DNA from: a virus
Taxonomy: Duplodnaviria; Caudoviricetes
Length of the DNA stretch: 30,415 nt
IMG/VR virus record: IMGVR_UViG_3300033076_000518
Location: 1-30,415 of that record
Strand: one strand, 5' to 3'
Both the position numbers and the translations under genes were made by a program. Shown in pieces: positions 14,801 through 24,890 of this stretch. Under the pieces are notes generated by a model. It did not search any database. It worked only from the letters and a program-made list of their open reading frames with translations, and was not told the origin of the DNA. Positions within the stretch are counted from its first letter, which is position 1; every line of letters starts with the position of its first letter.

Positions 14801-16900
14801 ATCCAATGCAGTCAAGTATACACCATTCTTGTCTGTATCAACAGCAATAGTTCTACCTGCAGCGGTGAAGTCGATAATATCACCGTTGTTGATAGTTGTG
14901 TTTGTCAACTTGTCTGTAACAACAACCACCCAGTTTTGTTTGATTGCGTCAATAGATTCCGTTGCACCAGTTCTAATCAGGTCAAATGTACCTGTTGTGG
15001 ATGGATCCAACTGTAAGTAACGGCGTGAACCAGTTGAGTAAGAACCAAAAGATTGTGCTCTAAATTCTTGTGCAGTTGTGTAGAAGGTATCTGTTACAGT
15101 TGCAACATATGGATTACCCAATGGGAAAATCAATTGTGGATTATTCGTGCTGAATAGTTGTGTGTCACCTGATGGAACAGTATTTGTTTTACCCAAAGAA
15201 CTCATACTTGCACTTGATGATAGTGTGCATGGTGTTCCTACTGTTGCTTGCACAACAGTTTCAAAATCAGCAACAGAGAATCGCAATGAGAATGTGTCGC
15301 CTGCACCTGGTGTGGTGTTAAATGGATATTCAACAGTTGCAGTATGTGTGCTGCCATCATAAGAAACGATTTGTCTTGTGTCACCAGCATCAACACCAGA
15401 ATCAATTGTCAATGTCACACCAATGTATGCGTTTGCAATATTGGAGAATTGGCCGTTGTAGGTGTTTGTGAATGTGATTGTAGATGATGTTGCAGAAGCA
15501 ACCAAACCACTCAACACTTTGTTTGAAACATCATACATGTGTGCTTTATACACATATGTTCTTGTGTTGGACGAATCTGATGCTTGAACATAAGACAAAC
15601 AGCGAATGTAACCAGTGCCTGCAAGTGTTGCATTGTAGGCAGTTGTGTTGGCTTTATTGATGTTAGATACACCAACTGTGTGGAAATCTACCGCATGTCC
15701 AGTTGTAATGTCGAAGAAACTACCACTCTGTCCTTTTACATCCTCAACATACAAATAGTTACCATAGTCAATGAAGTTGCCGTTGTTATCAACCGCTTCT
15801 GTTTCTCTTGCTCTATTAGATTCAATCTTAATTGTAGATTGGTTCTCTGCACGGTAACCCTGTACGTATGCAATACCAGGACCTACTGACAGAGTGTATG
15901 TGTCTGCGTTGATTGAGTTGGCGGATGGAGTAATTTTGAAATCGTTAACGATGTAATCACCGTTAGTTTCATGTGTTCTCTTGGCAAAGTAATCATCAAT
16001 TACAGAATATACTGTGTTGTCAACTTGTTTAACAACGTTACCCTCATCCACACGGATAAGTTCCACGAATTGGTCATCGTTACCCAATGTCAATGGAAGA
16101 GTTGTTAGTGTCAGGTTGATTTGATAACGGTCTGCACCTGGAGCCTGATAGTTTGATGCACCAACCGCTGGATCCAACAATGAACTGTCGTTGATGTAGT
16201 CAACAATAGTTTCTGTGATTGATAAACCGACACGATAAGATGGTGTGTTGCTGTATTTGTCTAGGATAACTGTCTGTGGTTGAACAGAAACGAAGTTACC
16301 GATAGAATACTTTGTGAAAGTACCATCATCATTTGCTGTGGATGATTGAGAATAACCATTCACAATGTAGAAAACACCTTCAGAGATAGATGCAACAGAA
16401 GATGGTCCAACACCAGTTGTACCACCAGCAGTACCAATAATTGTGGCAGAGATATTTGTTCCATCAACTGGGAAAATATCCATCGCATCGGTGAAGTGTG
16501 TACCTGTCAAGTAGGTAACAATCAATGTAGGTGGGTCACCAGCATCAACGGTAGTACCTGTAGCTTCTGCGGTCTTGATAACCTTGGCCAAGATACTGCC
16601 AGTAGAATCCATAATCAGTTTGTTTACAAAGTCTTGTGCAACAACGTTTGTGTTATTGTACTGTCTGTTTAGTTTCAGATAGTAACAGTTCAAGTTTGTT
16701 GTTACTTTACCGCCAGTTACTGGAGTATTCTGTGTAAAGATGTTGTCAGCAAACTTGGAGATTTGACTTTGTAGGATGGTTTGAGATTGTGTTAATTCTC
16801 TAGCCTGAACCGCTGCACCTGGTTTGAACAGAATACGATGGAAGTTTTTACTTTGGTCAAAGTCATCGTAATATGGATCAACGTTAAAATTCAGAGACAT
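11861..16900 (-). CDS. VrlC/DUF4815-type large baseplate-associated protein, N-terminal part, with a Cys-initiated C-terminal domain
   Basis: NFNVDPYYDDFD..KNFHRILFKPG.AVQARELTQ.Q, APGADRY, RV.NLEYYASLNLLE, NRFKNGILVDDF; located after gp8. Confidence 0.9.
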   Translation of the reverse strand: MSLNFNVDPYYDDFDQSKNFHRILFKPGAAVQARELTQSQTILQSQISKFADNIFTQNTPVTGGKVTTNLNCYYLKLNRQYNNTNVVAQDFVNKLIMDSTGSILAKVIKTAEATGTTVDAGDPPTLIVTYLTGTHFTDAMDIFPVDGTNISATIIGTAGGTTGVGPSSVASISEGVFYIVNGYSQSSTANDDGTFTKYSIGNFVSVQPQTVILDKYSNTPSYRVGLSITETIVDYINDSSLLDPAVGASNYQAPGADRYQINLTLTTLPLTLGNDDQFVELIRVDEGNVVKQVDNTVYSVIDDYFAKRTHETNGDYIVNDFKITPSANSINADTYTLSVGPGIAYVQGYRAENQSTIKIESNRARETEAVDNNGNFIDYGNYLYVEDVKGQSGSFFDITTGHAVDFHTVGVSNINKANTTAYNATLAGTGYIRCLSYVQASDSSNTRTYVYKAHMYDVSNKVLSGLVASATSSTITFTNTYNGQFSNIANAYIGVTLTIDSGVDAGDTRQIVSYDGSTHTATVEYPFNTTPGAGDTFSLRFSVADFETVVQATVGTPCTLSSSASMSSLGKTNTVPSGDTQLFSTNNPQLIFPLGNPYVATVTDTFYTTAQEFRAQSFGSYSTGSRRYLQLDPSTTGTFDLIRTGATESIDAIKQNWVVVVTDKLTNTTINNGDIIDFTAAGRTIAVDTDKNGVYLTALDLNPFVATIYTKLNVTNASDTNYVLKTKTLVEANTSIESYYGPDGIVNGTHVDLTNGQIWIAQGSVLDYGNNQSLYVSDVKRIVKIIDTGTGTPNVSMLTTGTDVTSHFTFNNGQTDSYYGHAYITLKPGKPKPLSLWILFDHYEHSGGDGYFSAQSYSNVGFTERPTYFSSNRINYELKDCLDFRPAVLNGQGSFVFRYKVTPTSTNNSGLFLPADLSTFVSNYTYYLGRRDILIIGKDKAIKLIEGKPAINPIIPVTPEGSLLLANITLDPYTAYVPGQVAGKASNVNIQPVLHKRWAFSDISDLQTRVNNLEYYASLNLLEQKASNLQIPDANGLNRFKNGILVDDFSTFSVGDTFNDDFSASINTRLQYLSPALLVKNYALHNQNLLYAHGSNLSDATFNSLSYKASQLGLSPMYTLPYTEQPIATQALASRTINVNPFAVSSAIGTITLTPPVDNWVDNDTQPSLLFVDPNLKTYEASKSLNLLEGNPTLSVADWQSIPGTEKTTTWTDEANYTVETTTATKTNQYTYGYWSQSYNQTGNYITNVSILPYIRGQYIMFQAKGLLFNTTVNAFFDDKRVTRLVRKPNIIELSSVSGTFQAGDVIGYVSSSVFYKTGYVTDVYRYTNGNVRLYVVDDLNTTNYGSTIVNAKFNTSGVYQSSSASGIKDSTVHYSGKTIAVGTNTNTINLSSSLASTTDIYTGLDLWIVAGSETGVSSIPNGSKATISAYNTTTKVATLDRNISYSAGDTYSIGPLTTNENGSISGVFTLPGGYFHSGERMFRIDNRVVSQGANDFFYNNGSETTYAEAKFHAQGLATKSQEVNYSASVSSAKNTKTTIERKENVIVKETRTAPPSGGGGCCVVATALNTKGIWSDNQKNTLIEWCEKYLHNKTLGECFRRGYQVIGSKLLVPALRSDNKVFEKYATWSWNNGTQMVMGKKFNALSIPNSLFWIAAFMVTGAVVTTKYAKKSWKKLYE

Positions 16901-16909
16901 TTTTTTCCT

Positions 16910-18274
16910 TTAGTAACCTAATACGAATCTAAATTGTTCTATACCATCATCACTTCTTTGTACCGCTGACCTATTTTCAATCATTGCGATAGACCCTGAG
17001 AAAGGTACGAAGTTGGAATTGCTGTAAGACAATAAAGTTCTTGTAGTTTTTGATGTATTTCCAAATACAGGTGCGTTTGTTGTTGGAGTTCCTGTTGTAT
17101 TTATCAAGTATAGGACATTGGTGAATGTGTCGAAACTCAAAATTCTTGCAGTAAATGTGGCTGTTTCTAACGTGGTACCTTGATAAATGATTTCATCTTC
17201 TTCATAGATACCGAAACCTGCAGCAACAACGAAGTCTGTTGTTGTTCTATAAATGGAACCGTTGGCCGCATATGGAGAACTTTCGTAAGTTACTGGACCC
17301 ATCAACAAACCAACTTGGTGATAGTCGTTGTTTGTTGGTATTGTACCACCTTCACTACCATTAAATTGACATGTATACATTACGTGCGCTGCGGATAATT
17401 CAGAGATTGGATCAAATCCGTGGCCACCGACAGGTGATGTTGGTGCAAACGCAACTGCACCTGTACCTTTACTGGAAGTAATAGTTACATCCGCATAGGT
17501 GTAATTTCCACCTGGAGAACTAACGATAATATCGTTAATACTACCATTAACCACGTTTGCGGTTGCTGTTAGACCTGAACCATCGCCTGTTACAGTAACA
17601 TAAATGATTGCATTGGCAGGATCATAACCGAAACCACCAGATGACACGTTAATAACGTCAATCGAACCAGAACCTGCACTTGATTGTAGTGGGTTTGGTG
17701 TGTTTGCACCAACCGGAACTGGCAACCATGTGTCGTCCATGAATTTTACTTTCAAACCGGTGTCGATTGTGTAAATAAATTTCCACTTATAGCCATCGGC
17801 ACCTTGGAAGATATTGTTTGTGTTGTATGTACCTGGTTCAAAGTATGGTTCTACGGTTGATTGAGCATCATTGTTGTTCCAAAGACACTTAAACACTTGG
17901 TCATATTTGTTCTTTACATAGTATGACTTCAACAATCGTCCGTTCTGGTCTCTAATGGACATATCAACATCATCAACGTAATAATCATACACAGTACCAG
18001 AAGACCAATCAATACGTTGTATTACAGGTGAAATATCACTGGTTGTAATCAACTTAGCTGCAAACATATTTTTGAATGTTTGTTTGATGTATCTTTGGTC
18101 ACCAGTTGGTTCTGGAATGTTTGTGTTGTTTGCCCAAGGATCCACTTTGGACAAGAAACAGTATGTCGTACCAAATGGTTTGTTTGATGGTGGAACCACA
18201 GCAACAGGTGAATAATACACCTGTTCTATTTGTGCAACCTTGGAGGTAGATGTGAGAATGTTTTTATTTGCCAT
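16910..18274 (-). CDS. gp8: Baseplate wedge protein gp8
   Basis: RIDWSSGTVYD.Y, VFKCLWN, DGYKWKFIYTI, and C-terminal ENRSAVQRSDDGIEQFRFVL. Confidence 0.92.
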   Translation of the reverse strand: MANKNILTSTSKVAQIEQVYYSPVAVVPPSNKPFGTTYCFLSKVDPWANNTNIPEPTGDQRYIKQTFKNMFAAKLITTSDISPVIQRIDWSSGTVYDYYVDDVDMSIRDQNGRLLKSYYVKNKYDQVFKCLWNNNDAQSTVEPYFEPGTYNTNNIFQGADGYKWKFIYTIDTGLKVKFMDDTWLPVPVGANTPNPLQSSAGSGSIDVINVSSGGFGYDPANAIIYVTVTGDGSGLTATANVVNGSINDIIVSSPGGNYTYADVTITSSKGTGAVAFAPTSPVGGHGFDPISELSAAHVMYTCQFNGSEGGTIPTNNDYHQVGLLMGPVTYESSPYAANGSIYRTTTDFVVAAGFGIYEEDEIIYQGTTLETATFTARILSFDTFTNVLYLINTTGTPTTNAPVFGNTSKTTRTLLSYSNSNFVPFSGSIAMIENRSAVQRSDDGIEQFRFVLGY

Positions 18275-18278
18275 GATT

Positions 18279-18286
18279 TATTTATT
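18279..18286 (-). promoter_or_regulatory. T4-type late promoter (AATAAATA), 4 nt before the gp8 ATG
   Basis: Minus strand reads TAATAAATAAATCATG. Confidence 0.6.
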
Positions 18287-20006
18287 AACCATTAATAGAA
18301 ACAAAGGTGTTTGCATTATCACCATCAATACTGAAGAATCTCAAGTACATAGAACTGCCTGCGGTGATAGTTGCAGTAGTTGATTTGTTTGTTGAACGTA
18401 ATGCAGCACAACCGTGAGTCACAGTATGGTTGGAGTTGTCTGTATTAATTAACCACACCTCAACAACTTTACCCGCAACATAATTACTGTGTGAAATTGT
18501 CACATCAGCTGCACAGTTGGCCTTGATAACGGAATCTGATGTGTAATCAATAGTGATTGCAGTTTGTGGTCCAGCAGGTAGTCTTGGTGTGTAAACCACA
18601 CCTTTGGCTGGGTTAACATAACCTGAGAATGTTACATTGTTTGCATTGAATGTTGCAATATTGACCAATGTATTTGAACCATTTTCAATGTTGTAGAACT
18701 TGATTTGTGAACCACGTGATGAGTTTGTGTATGTTTCGGTTGCAATAATATCAATACGGGCGATGCCAAGTGGTGCAAATTCAGATGTGCCATAACCGTT
18801 ACCAGAAATACGCATCAACACATCGCCAGATTGAACTGGTTCTGGATAATCTACGTTACCACGTGCTGTACGGCCAGCAATTAGACCATATGCTGCACCG
18901 TTTGCACTATATGAATCGAATACAATACGTGAGGAAACGTTTTGTTTACCTGAAATGTGCAACATATAACCATCATTAGATGGTACTGCTGTGTTTGCAG
19001 TTGCCTTGATTGTTACGGCAGCTTCTGTTGCAGTAAAGTTTGAATTGGCCATGATGGTTCTGGCATTCATTGTTACCACACCACCCATATACACGTTACC
19101 TGTTACGGTAGATGTACCGATAACAAGCAAGTTGTCTGTAATTAATTTTGGTGCATATACATTTCCGGTAAATCCGGATGATGGAGCAGTAAACAACAAC
19201 GTTGCTGGACTTGCAGATGGGCTGTATGTGATTGATGCGTCACCAGTCAACGAAATGTTACTTGATGTTACACTACCTGTAACCACTAAACTTCCCGCCA
19301 ATGTGCCTGATGCATTGGCCAATGCTGCGTTTGCCTTTGCGAAGGCACCGTTGGCATATAATGCAGCTGAATTTGAAATTGCGTGTGGAGTATTTGCACG
19401 AATGAATGCTGCATTTGCGGATGTACCTGCTGAAGCAGACGATGTGTTTTGTGTGGTACCGTCAGCGAACGTCAATGGTTTCTGTGTCAGTTGTAGACCA
19501 GTTGATGGTACAAACTTGGCAACCACATTAGATGGATCGAAACCACCTTGTGCAAATATAATGTCTTTACTTACCAACGAACCAATGATTAAGTTACCAC
19601 CTGGATTAGAACCATCACCTTGAACCAACAAGTAACCATCCAAAGGTTTCAATACACCTTGTGTCAGATTTGAACCTTGAATACCAACGTCAATAAAATG
19701 TATTGTATCTGTACCAGTATCTGCTGTTGCAACCAAGTCACTTGAACCATTACCATTCAGGTTCTGTACGTTTAGTTGCAAATAGTTTGCATTGTTACTT
19801 GCAAATTGTCCAATAACACCAGGGAAAAGAACTGCGTTGTTGCCTACGTTTAATGTATTGTTTGCGTACAATCCATTTGCGAGTGCAGTTGCAGTAATTT
19901 TACCTGTAACACCAGTTGATGCATCTGTACCAACTATGAAAGTGTTACCTGTATTAGAATTGATTGTTGTGATTGGTGTTAGTTCTGATATTTTTATTGT
20001 TGACAT
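18285..20006 (-). CDS. Fibre-like virion protein between gp7 and gp8
   Basis: N-terminal IKISELT motif; LTFADGTTQ; the ANAAF..AN coiled module is shared with 61..1554. Confidence 0.7.
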   Translation of the reverse strand: MSTIKISELTPITTINSNTGNTFIVGTDASTGVTGKITATALANGLYANNTLNVGNNAVLFPGVIGQFASNNANYLQLNVQNLNGNGSSDLVATADTGTDTIHFIDVGIQGSNLTQGVLKPLDGYLLVQGDGSNPGGNLIIGSLVSKDIIFAQGGFDPSNVVAKFVPSTGLQLTQKPLTFADGTTQNTSSASAGTSANAAFIRANTPHAISNSAALYANGAFAKANAALANASGTLAGSLVVTGSVTSSNISLTGDASITYSPSASPATLLFTAPSSGFTGNVYAPKLITDNLLVIGTSTVTGNVYMGGVVTMNARTIMANSNFTATEAAVTIKATANTAVPSNDGYMLHISGKQNVSSRIVFDSYSANGAAYGLIAGRTARGNVDYPEPVQSGDVLMRISGNGYGTSEFAPLGIARIDIIATETYTNSSRGSQIKFYNIENGSNTLVNIATFNANNVTFSGYVNPAKGVVYTPRLPAGPQTAITIDYTSDSVIKANCAADVTISHSNYVAGKVVEVWLINTDNSNHTVTHGCAALRSTNKSTTATITAGSSMYLRFFSIDGDNANTFVSING

Positions 20007-20009
20007 TGA

Positions 20010-22814
20010 TTACCCCACTAGAAGAATAGTACCATCTTCAGTTGTTATTGTGAATCCATCTTCAGTTATAAGTTCTGGATTAATGTATGATTGTCCCACA
20101 GGACCAAATATTGAAACTTGGTCGAAATTAAGTTTTGAATTTGCCACAAATGTTCTACTTACCGCAAGATAAGAATTCGCATCTGTTGTTATATCACTTG
20201 ATAGATAAATCTTGCCGTTGATGTAGTCAACAGAACTCACCAGACGGCTTGTGTTATTATCAACCAAAACATTATCGCCAGTATACACAATGTCCATCAA
20301 TGGATATGCTGTGTTACTATATTTTCCGTTGTTGATAATATCATACTTGCCAGTTAATGATGTAATATTTATCACGTTAGAACCAGCATTTGCAGTAACT
20401 GTGGCCACATTGGCAAATGTCAACCAAACATTAGAATCAATTACTGCGGTGTTGGATGCTGTATTAACAGAAACGATTTTACCAACAACATTAGGTCCAT
20501 TTGTTGGTCTCAAAGAAATTGTTGTGTTTCCTGAGAACAAGAATGTTTGTAGGTTGGCGGTACTAATATCATTAAACACCAAAATGTTATTACTCTTGTT
20601 GGTGAAATCTGTTTTTATGGAAACACTAGAACCAATTCCTGTGTAATTATATAATGGTTGACCTGTATACAATGCATCTTGTGTATGCAGTCTGAAGTTG
20701 TTTGAAGATTTCAATGCATGACGACCAAGAACCTTCATGCCTGTTGGGTGTAACAAGTTCAACAACACATCTCTGTATTTTGAAATTGATTCTTGTACTG
20801 TAACTTGGTATGTAAAGTTGTTGTAGATTGAACTCTGCAATACGTTAAATGAACTTGGTTGTCCTTGTGAGTTCAGGTATTGACCTTGAGAAATAACCAA
20901 ACCGTTCAAGAAAGAAGCGGCCGCCTTTGCGGTTGCGTCACCATAGTTTCTAACACCACTACTGTTGTAATTTGAATTATAAGCGGTGTTTGCCATCAAA
21001 TAATTGATGTTCTTGTCTACGACCAATGGCATCATTGGATCTGGGTTTGAGTTGTATTCAAACACACGTAGGTTCCACAATGACAATTCTGTATTTGCAT
21101 CAGAAGTCAGTTGCGAAATTGAGTTTACTCTTGCACGGTATGTAATGTTGTTTGCATCCGAACCTTGGTAAATAACATCACCTTTGTTTGGTAGGTTGGC
21201 AATCGACACATTCGATACCACAATGTCTTGTACCTTCAAAGATACGTTTGGTGTTTCGATGTAATCCTCACCTGGATCAACCAGGTTAATTGTGGTTACA
21301 GAACCCACACGGTCAACAACCACGGAGAAGGTCGCACCTTCACCCAAGATTCCTGGGACATACAATTGTGCATTGGCGGCTTGGTTATTTGCCGAATTTA
21401 CTGTTAGACCTGGTAAATCGGTTGTTTTATATCCCATACCACCCAAAGGATAGTCTTTGTTTGGACCAAAAACATAACCAACTGAGGTGATTGCACCGGT
21501 TGAGTTGACTGTCAAAACATTCGCACGAGCACCACGACCTGAACCACCAGTGAAAACAATAGTGTCGTTTGCTTGATACCCTTCACCACCACTTGTGATT
21601 TGAATTGGTGCCAACATACCGATGGCAGAAACTGATGCATTTTCTGCAACATCATTTGGGAAACCAGATAAAGCAGTTACAACTGGAGTCTTTGTGATGC
21701 CACCGCCACCGTTCATAACCGAAATGGATGATAGTGGATAAGTTGAAAAAGATTTGAACGTTAATGCCTCTGCCAACGTGGTGTTTGCATTTACTGATGC
21801 GCCGTTTGCAAAGTAGTAGTTTGAATTACCTAATTTAATGTATCTCTTTAGACTGATTGTGTCTATTGGAAACAATGCAATGTTTGCAGTTGTTGATGGT
21901 TTAGGGTCAACAGAACCCACAATCGCAATCGCACCCGGTGCATTTGTAATATCTATTTCTGTGTTCGGTGAGTAACTGTAACCAAAGCCACCATTGATAA
22001 CGTTGATACGTTGAATGGAACCTGATGTGGTAGAACCAACTACCGCAGATGCCCCAAGACCTGTGTTTGAAGATAGACCATCATAGATGACAACTGGATC
22101 ACCAACTTGGTACAACAAACCTCTGTTGTTTGGGTCAATTTTAACCTGACTAATCTGACCCACAATCTTTGCTCTCAACGGAGAACCATTGAACAATACA
22201 TCTTGGTTATTAGAGTCTACAACACGTACAAATTCACCTGATTGGAAAAGACGTTCGATGTTTGAAATGAAAACTTCTGTCTTTGTACCTGCCAATACAG
22301 AGTTTTCGACTGTTGCAATAGACTTTGTGGTTTCACCAAACAATCTGTAATTGTTGATGTTCAATAAATGTGGGTCAACTGACGCAAGTTTCAAACTCTT
22401 GGCAACATACCACTTACCATCGGATGCCTTCAGTACAGCTTCTTTTGTATAGAAAACGTCAAAGTCTGAGTCGTATAGAACTCTGAACAAGAACTTGTAT
22501 GATGCAGGTGTACCTTTGGTTTCATACAGTTGTCTTGCAACCTTGATTGCCTTCTCTTTACTCAACAGAGATTCTGCTGGAAAATAAGGCAAGAATTCGT
22601 TTGTGAAGTAATCTAGGAATTCATCAGTAGTTTTATCAATATCAGAATAACTTAAAAGATTTTTAGTTCTCTCTGTTACTTGACCACTCTGTTCCATCCA
22701 TTCATAGTATGCTTCTATGAACAGTTTGAAGTTCTCATAGTCACTATTTGCCTGTAAAAATTCAGGCAGTTGTGACCTAACCAGTAAGGAGGTTTTTTCG
22801 TTATTGTTTATCAT
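20010..22814 (-). CDS. gp7: Baseplate wedge protein, gp7-like
   Basis: QLPEF...F.EAYYEWME, LYETKGT..SYKFLFR.LY, LKASDGKW, LQ.S.Y..FTY, LLHPTGMK; located after gp6. Confidence 0.82.
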   Translation of the reverse strand: MINNNEKTSLLVRSQLPEFLQANSDYENFKLFIEAYYEWMEQSGQVTERTKNLLSYSDIDKTTDEFLDYFTNEFLPYFPAESLLSKEKAIKVARQLYETKGTPASYKFLFRVLYDSDFDVFYTKEAVLKASDGKWYVAKSLKLASVDPHLLNINNYRLFGETTKSIATVENSVLAGTKTEVFISNIERLFQSGEFVRVVDSNNQDVLFNGSPLRAKIVGQISQVKIDPNNRGLLYQVGDPVVIYDGLSSNTGLGASAVVGSTTSGSIQRINVINGGFGYSYSPNTEIDITNAPGAIAIVGSVDPKPSTTANIALFPIDTISLKRYIKLGNSNYYFANGASVNANTTLAEALTFKSFSTYPLSSISVMNGGGGITKTPVVTALSGFPNDVAENASVSAIGMLAPIQITSGGEGYQANDTIVFTGGSGRGARANVLTVNSTGAITSVGYVFGPNKDYPLGGMGYKTTDLPGLTVNSANNQAANAQLYVPGILGEGATFSVVVDRVGSVTTINLVDPGEDYIETPNVSLKVQDIVVSNVSIANLPNKGDVIYQGSDANNITYRARVNSISQLTSDANTELSLWNLRVFEYNSNPDPMMPLVVDKNINYLMANTAYNSNYNSSGVRNYGDATAKAAASFLNGLVISQGQYLNSQGQPSSFNVLQSSIYNNFTYQVTVQESISKYRDVLLNLLHPTGMKVLGRHALKSSNNFRLHTQDALYTGQPLYNYTGIGSSVSIKTDFTNKSNNILVFNDISTANLQTFLFSGNTTISLRPTNGPNVVGKIVSVNTASNTAVIDSNVWLTFANVATVTANAGSNVINITSLTGKYDIINNGKYSNTAYPLMDIVYTGDNVLVDNNTSRLVSSVDYINGKIYLSSDITTDANSYLAVSRTFVANSKLNFDQVSIFGPVGQSYINPELITEDGFTITTEDGTILLVG

Positions 22815-24889
22815 GTCTTGGCAGTTACATTAACAATGATTGCGTTTGGATCAAATGGATCTACTGTAATAATTCTATTGTATGTAGATGATATGATTGT
22901 AGTGGTTGGGTTTGCAGTAACGGTCATTTGACCTAAATCATTATCAACATTTACAGGACCAAACGAATTCAATGTAACAACACCGTTGATGTAGTCTACT
23001 GTACCAACGTTCGCATTAAAGATTGTCTTAACATTGTTTGTGTTATTGTAGTAACTTCTCAATGTACCATAACGTCCTTCTAACAACACAACTGCCGCAG
23101 CAAGTTGACCTGTCGTATCACCTGCAGCAGGAGTAATAACTGCAATCGCACTGGTGTAATTTGTACCAGCATTTGTAACGTTAATAGACTTGAGTGTGCC
23201 GTTGGCGTTAATGATTGCTGTTGCAGTTGCACCAGTACCATCACCCTTGATTGTTACTGTTGGTGCATACTGATAACCGAAACCTGGGTTGATAACGGAA
23301 ATGGATTCAACACCACCCGCAGAAGATGGAACTTCTTCAACATAGATGCCATCAATAATTTGTGCAACGTTCAATGGGTCTCTGAATTGTACCGCAGGAG
23401 AACTTACGATACCACTTTGGAACATACCCTTTTCCAACTGTGTGCCATAGTACAAGTTATATGTTGATGGAACAGTTAATTTTGGAAAGAATTTCTTTTG
23501 CAGTTTGATACTGATTTCATTTGCAACAATCGAACTATCTGTGTTTTTGATTATATCATTGAAGTCTGTTGCAGAGAATGTGGAATTAAAAGTGTTCAAA
23601 GACTTCACAGAATATGCGGAGATTGCGCTCTTAATTGCGGACTGTAATTGACCTGAAGATAAACTTGTCTTTCTTGGATCATACAATACATTTGCTGTGA
23701 TTTGGATGTATGTGTAATCTGGATCCACCAATGTTGGTTCAACTGTCATCACAGAGATTGGTTTGATAACGTCATTAATCAATCGTTGTTTCTGTGTTGA
23801 TGTGAATGTGTATGCACCAGATGGTTTTGCACAAATGAATACTTGTCCGTATACTGGTGGGTTGTTTTCTTCACCACCCCAAACGTTAACTGAATCGAAC
23901 GTCATGCCCAAAGTATTTTGTTGCAATGCAGAAATGTAATCTTCTTTGGTAACTGCACGACCTTGTGCAGCATAGGCCTTTGGTGCCTGAAACTTGATAG
24001 AAGAAATACTTTCTCTTGCAGAACCTGCGTCAGCAGATTCAACTGATATTACTTGATTGTTTGAGTAACCACCAACTGTGTTCAATAGAATGAAACTGTT
24101 TGCGCCATATGAAACTGTACCTGATGTGGTAATGTAAGACATTTGAACGATGTTACCATTTTTCAGTTTCTTACCTAGTACATTGTCACCGAAATACACT
24201 TCATAGTGACCACCAGTGCCTTCTTGTAAGAAGTAGACTGCGGAATTGCCTGTCAAATTTAATGAATCTGTGGCCAACGTGAATGTTTCCAACGATGTAT
24301 TGGTGGAAGACTCTTGTACCGCAACCAACAATGTGGATGTGTCCACGTTAGTTTCTGGTATCTGGAATGTGTATGTTGGATTCTGTGAAGAATCTACCAC
24401 ATAAGACATTGCCAAAGGAGTACCTTGTTTGATTTCCACGTTTGCAAATGTTGCTGTATTGTTAACAACACTTACTGTGGTCGATTCTGATGTGACGAAA
24501 GTGTAGTTGACGCCATCAATTGCTTCAGAAATGAAACTTGTGAATTTTGGTAGTGTCAATGACGCATCTGTGACCTGATTAACCTTCAGAGTGATGGTTG
24601 CCTTAGGTGCAGTTGCTGATTTTGGTGTGTAGTTCAACAATTTTGCCTGTGAAACAACAGAATCACGCAAAGTTGCTGTGTCCAAGAACATTTCATTGGC
24701 CACCATGTTTAGGTAGTATGCATTATATTGCGTGTTGTATGCCAATAGGTCTAAAAGATTGGAAAGTGCAGAACCTTCGTAGTTGTAATCTTTCAGTACG
24801 TCTTGGGACTTCAAAAATGTTTTCAGGTTGGTCTTTATGTCGTTAAAGTCCAACTCTGTGATATTGATTTGTGAATTTGCACCAGCCAT
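22811..24889 (-). CDS. gp6: Baseplate wedge protein gp6
   Basis: ELDFNDIK.NL..FL, DYNYEGSALS.LLDLLAYNT.YNAYY.NM..NE.FLD.A.LR.SVVS.AK, AQGRAVTKEDY, VWGGEEN.PP.YG.V. Confidence 0.96.
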   Translation of the reverse strand: MAGANSQINITELDFNDIKTNLKTFLKSQDVLKDYNYEGSALSNLLDLLAYNTQYNAYYLNMVANEMFLDTATLRDSVVSQAKLLNYTPKSATAPKATITLKVNQVTDASLTLPKFTSFISEAIDGVNYTFVTSESTTVSVVNNTATFANVEIKQGTPLAMSYVVDSSQNPTYTFQIPETNVDTSTLLVAVQESSTNTSLETFTLATDSLNLTGNSAVYFLQEGTGGHYEVYFGDNVLGKKLKNGNIVQMSYITTSGTVSYGANSFILLNTVGGYSNNQVISVESADAGSARESISSIKFQAPKAYAAQGRAVTKEDYISALQQNTLGMTFDSVNVWGGEENNPPVYGQVFICAKPSGAYTFTSTQKQRLINDVIKPISVMTVEPTLVDPDYTYIQITANVLYDPRKTSLSSGQLQSAIKSAISAYSVKSLNTFNSTFSATDFNDIIKNTDSSIVANEISIKLQKKFFPKLTVPSTYNLYYGTQLEKGMFQSGIVSSPAVQFRDPLNVAQIIDGIYVEEVPSSAGGVESISVINPGFGYQYAPTVTIKGDGTGATATAIINANGTLKSINVTNAGTNYTSAIAVITPAAGDTTGQLAAAVVLLEGRYGTLRSYYNNTNNVKTIFNANVGTVDYINGVVTLNSFGPVNVDNDLGQMTVTANPTTTIISSTYNRIITVDPFDPNAIIVNVTAKT

Positions 24890-24890
24890 T

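Noticed and set aside
9772-16900. Absence of recognisable gp9-gp12 as a novelty
   Set aside because: A VrlC/DUF4815-type gene after gp8 is the usual arrangement in cyanophage-like T4 relatives.
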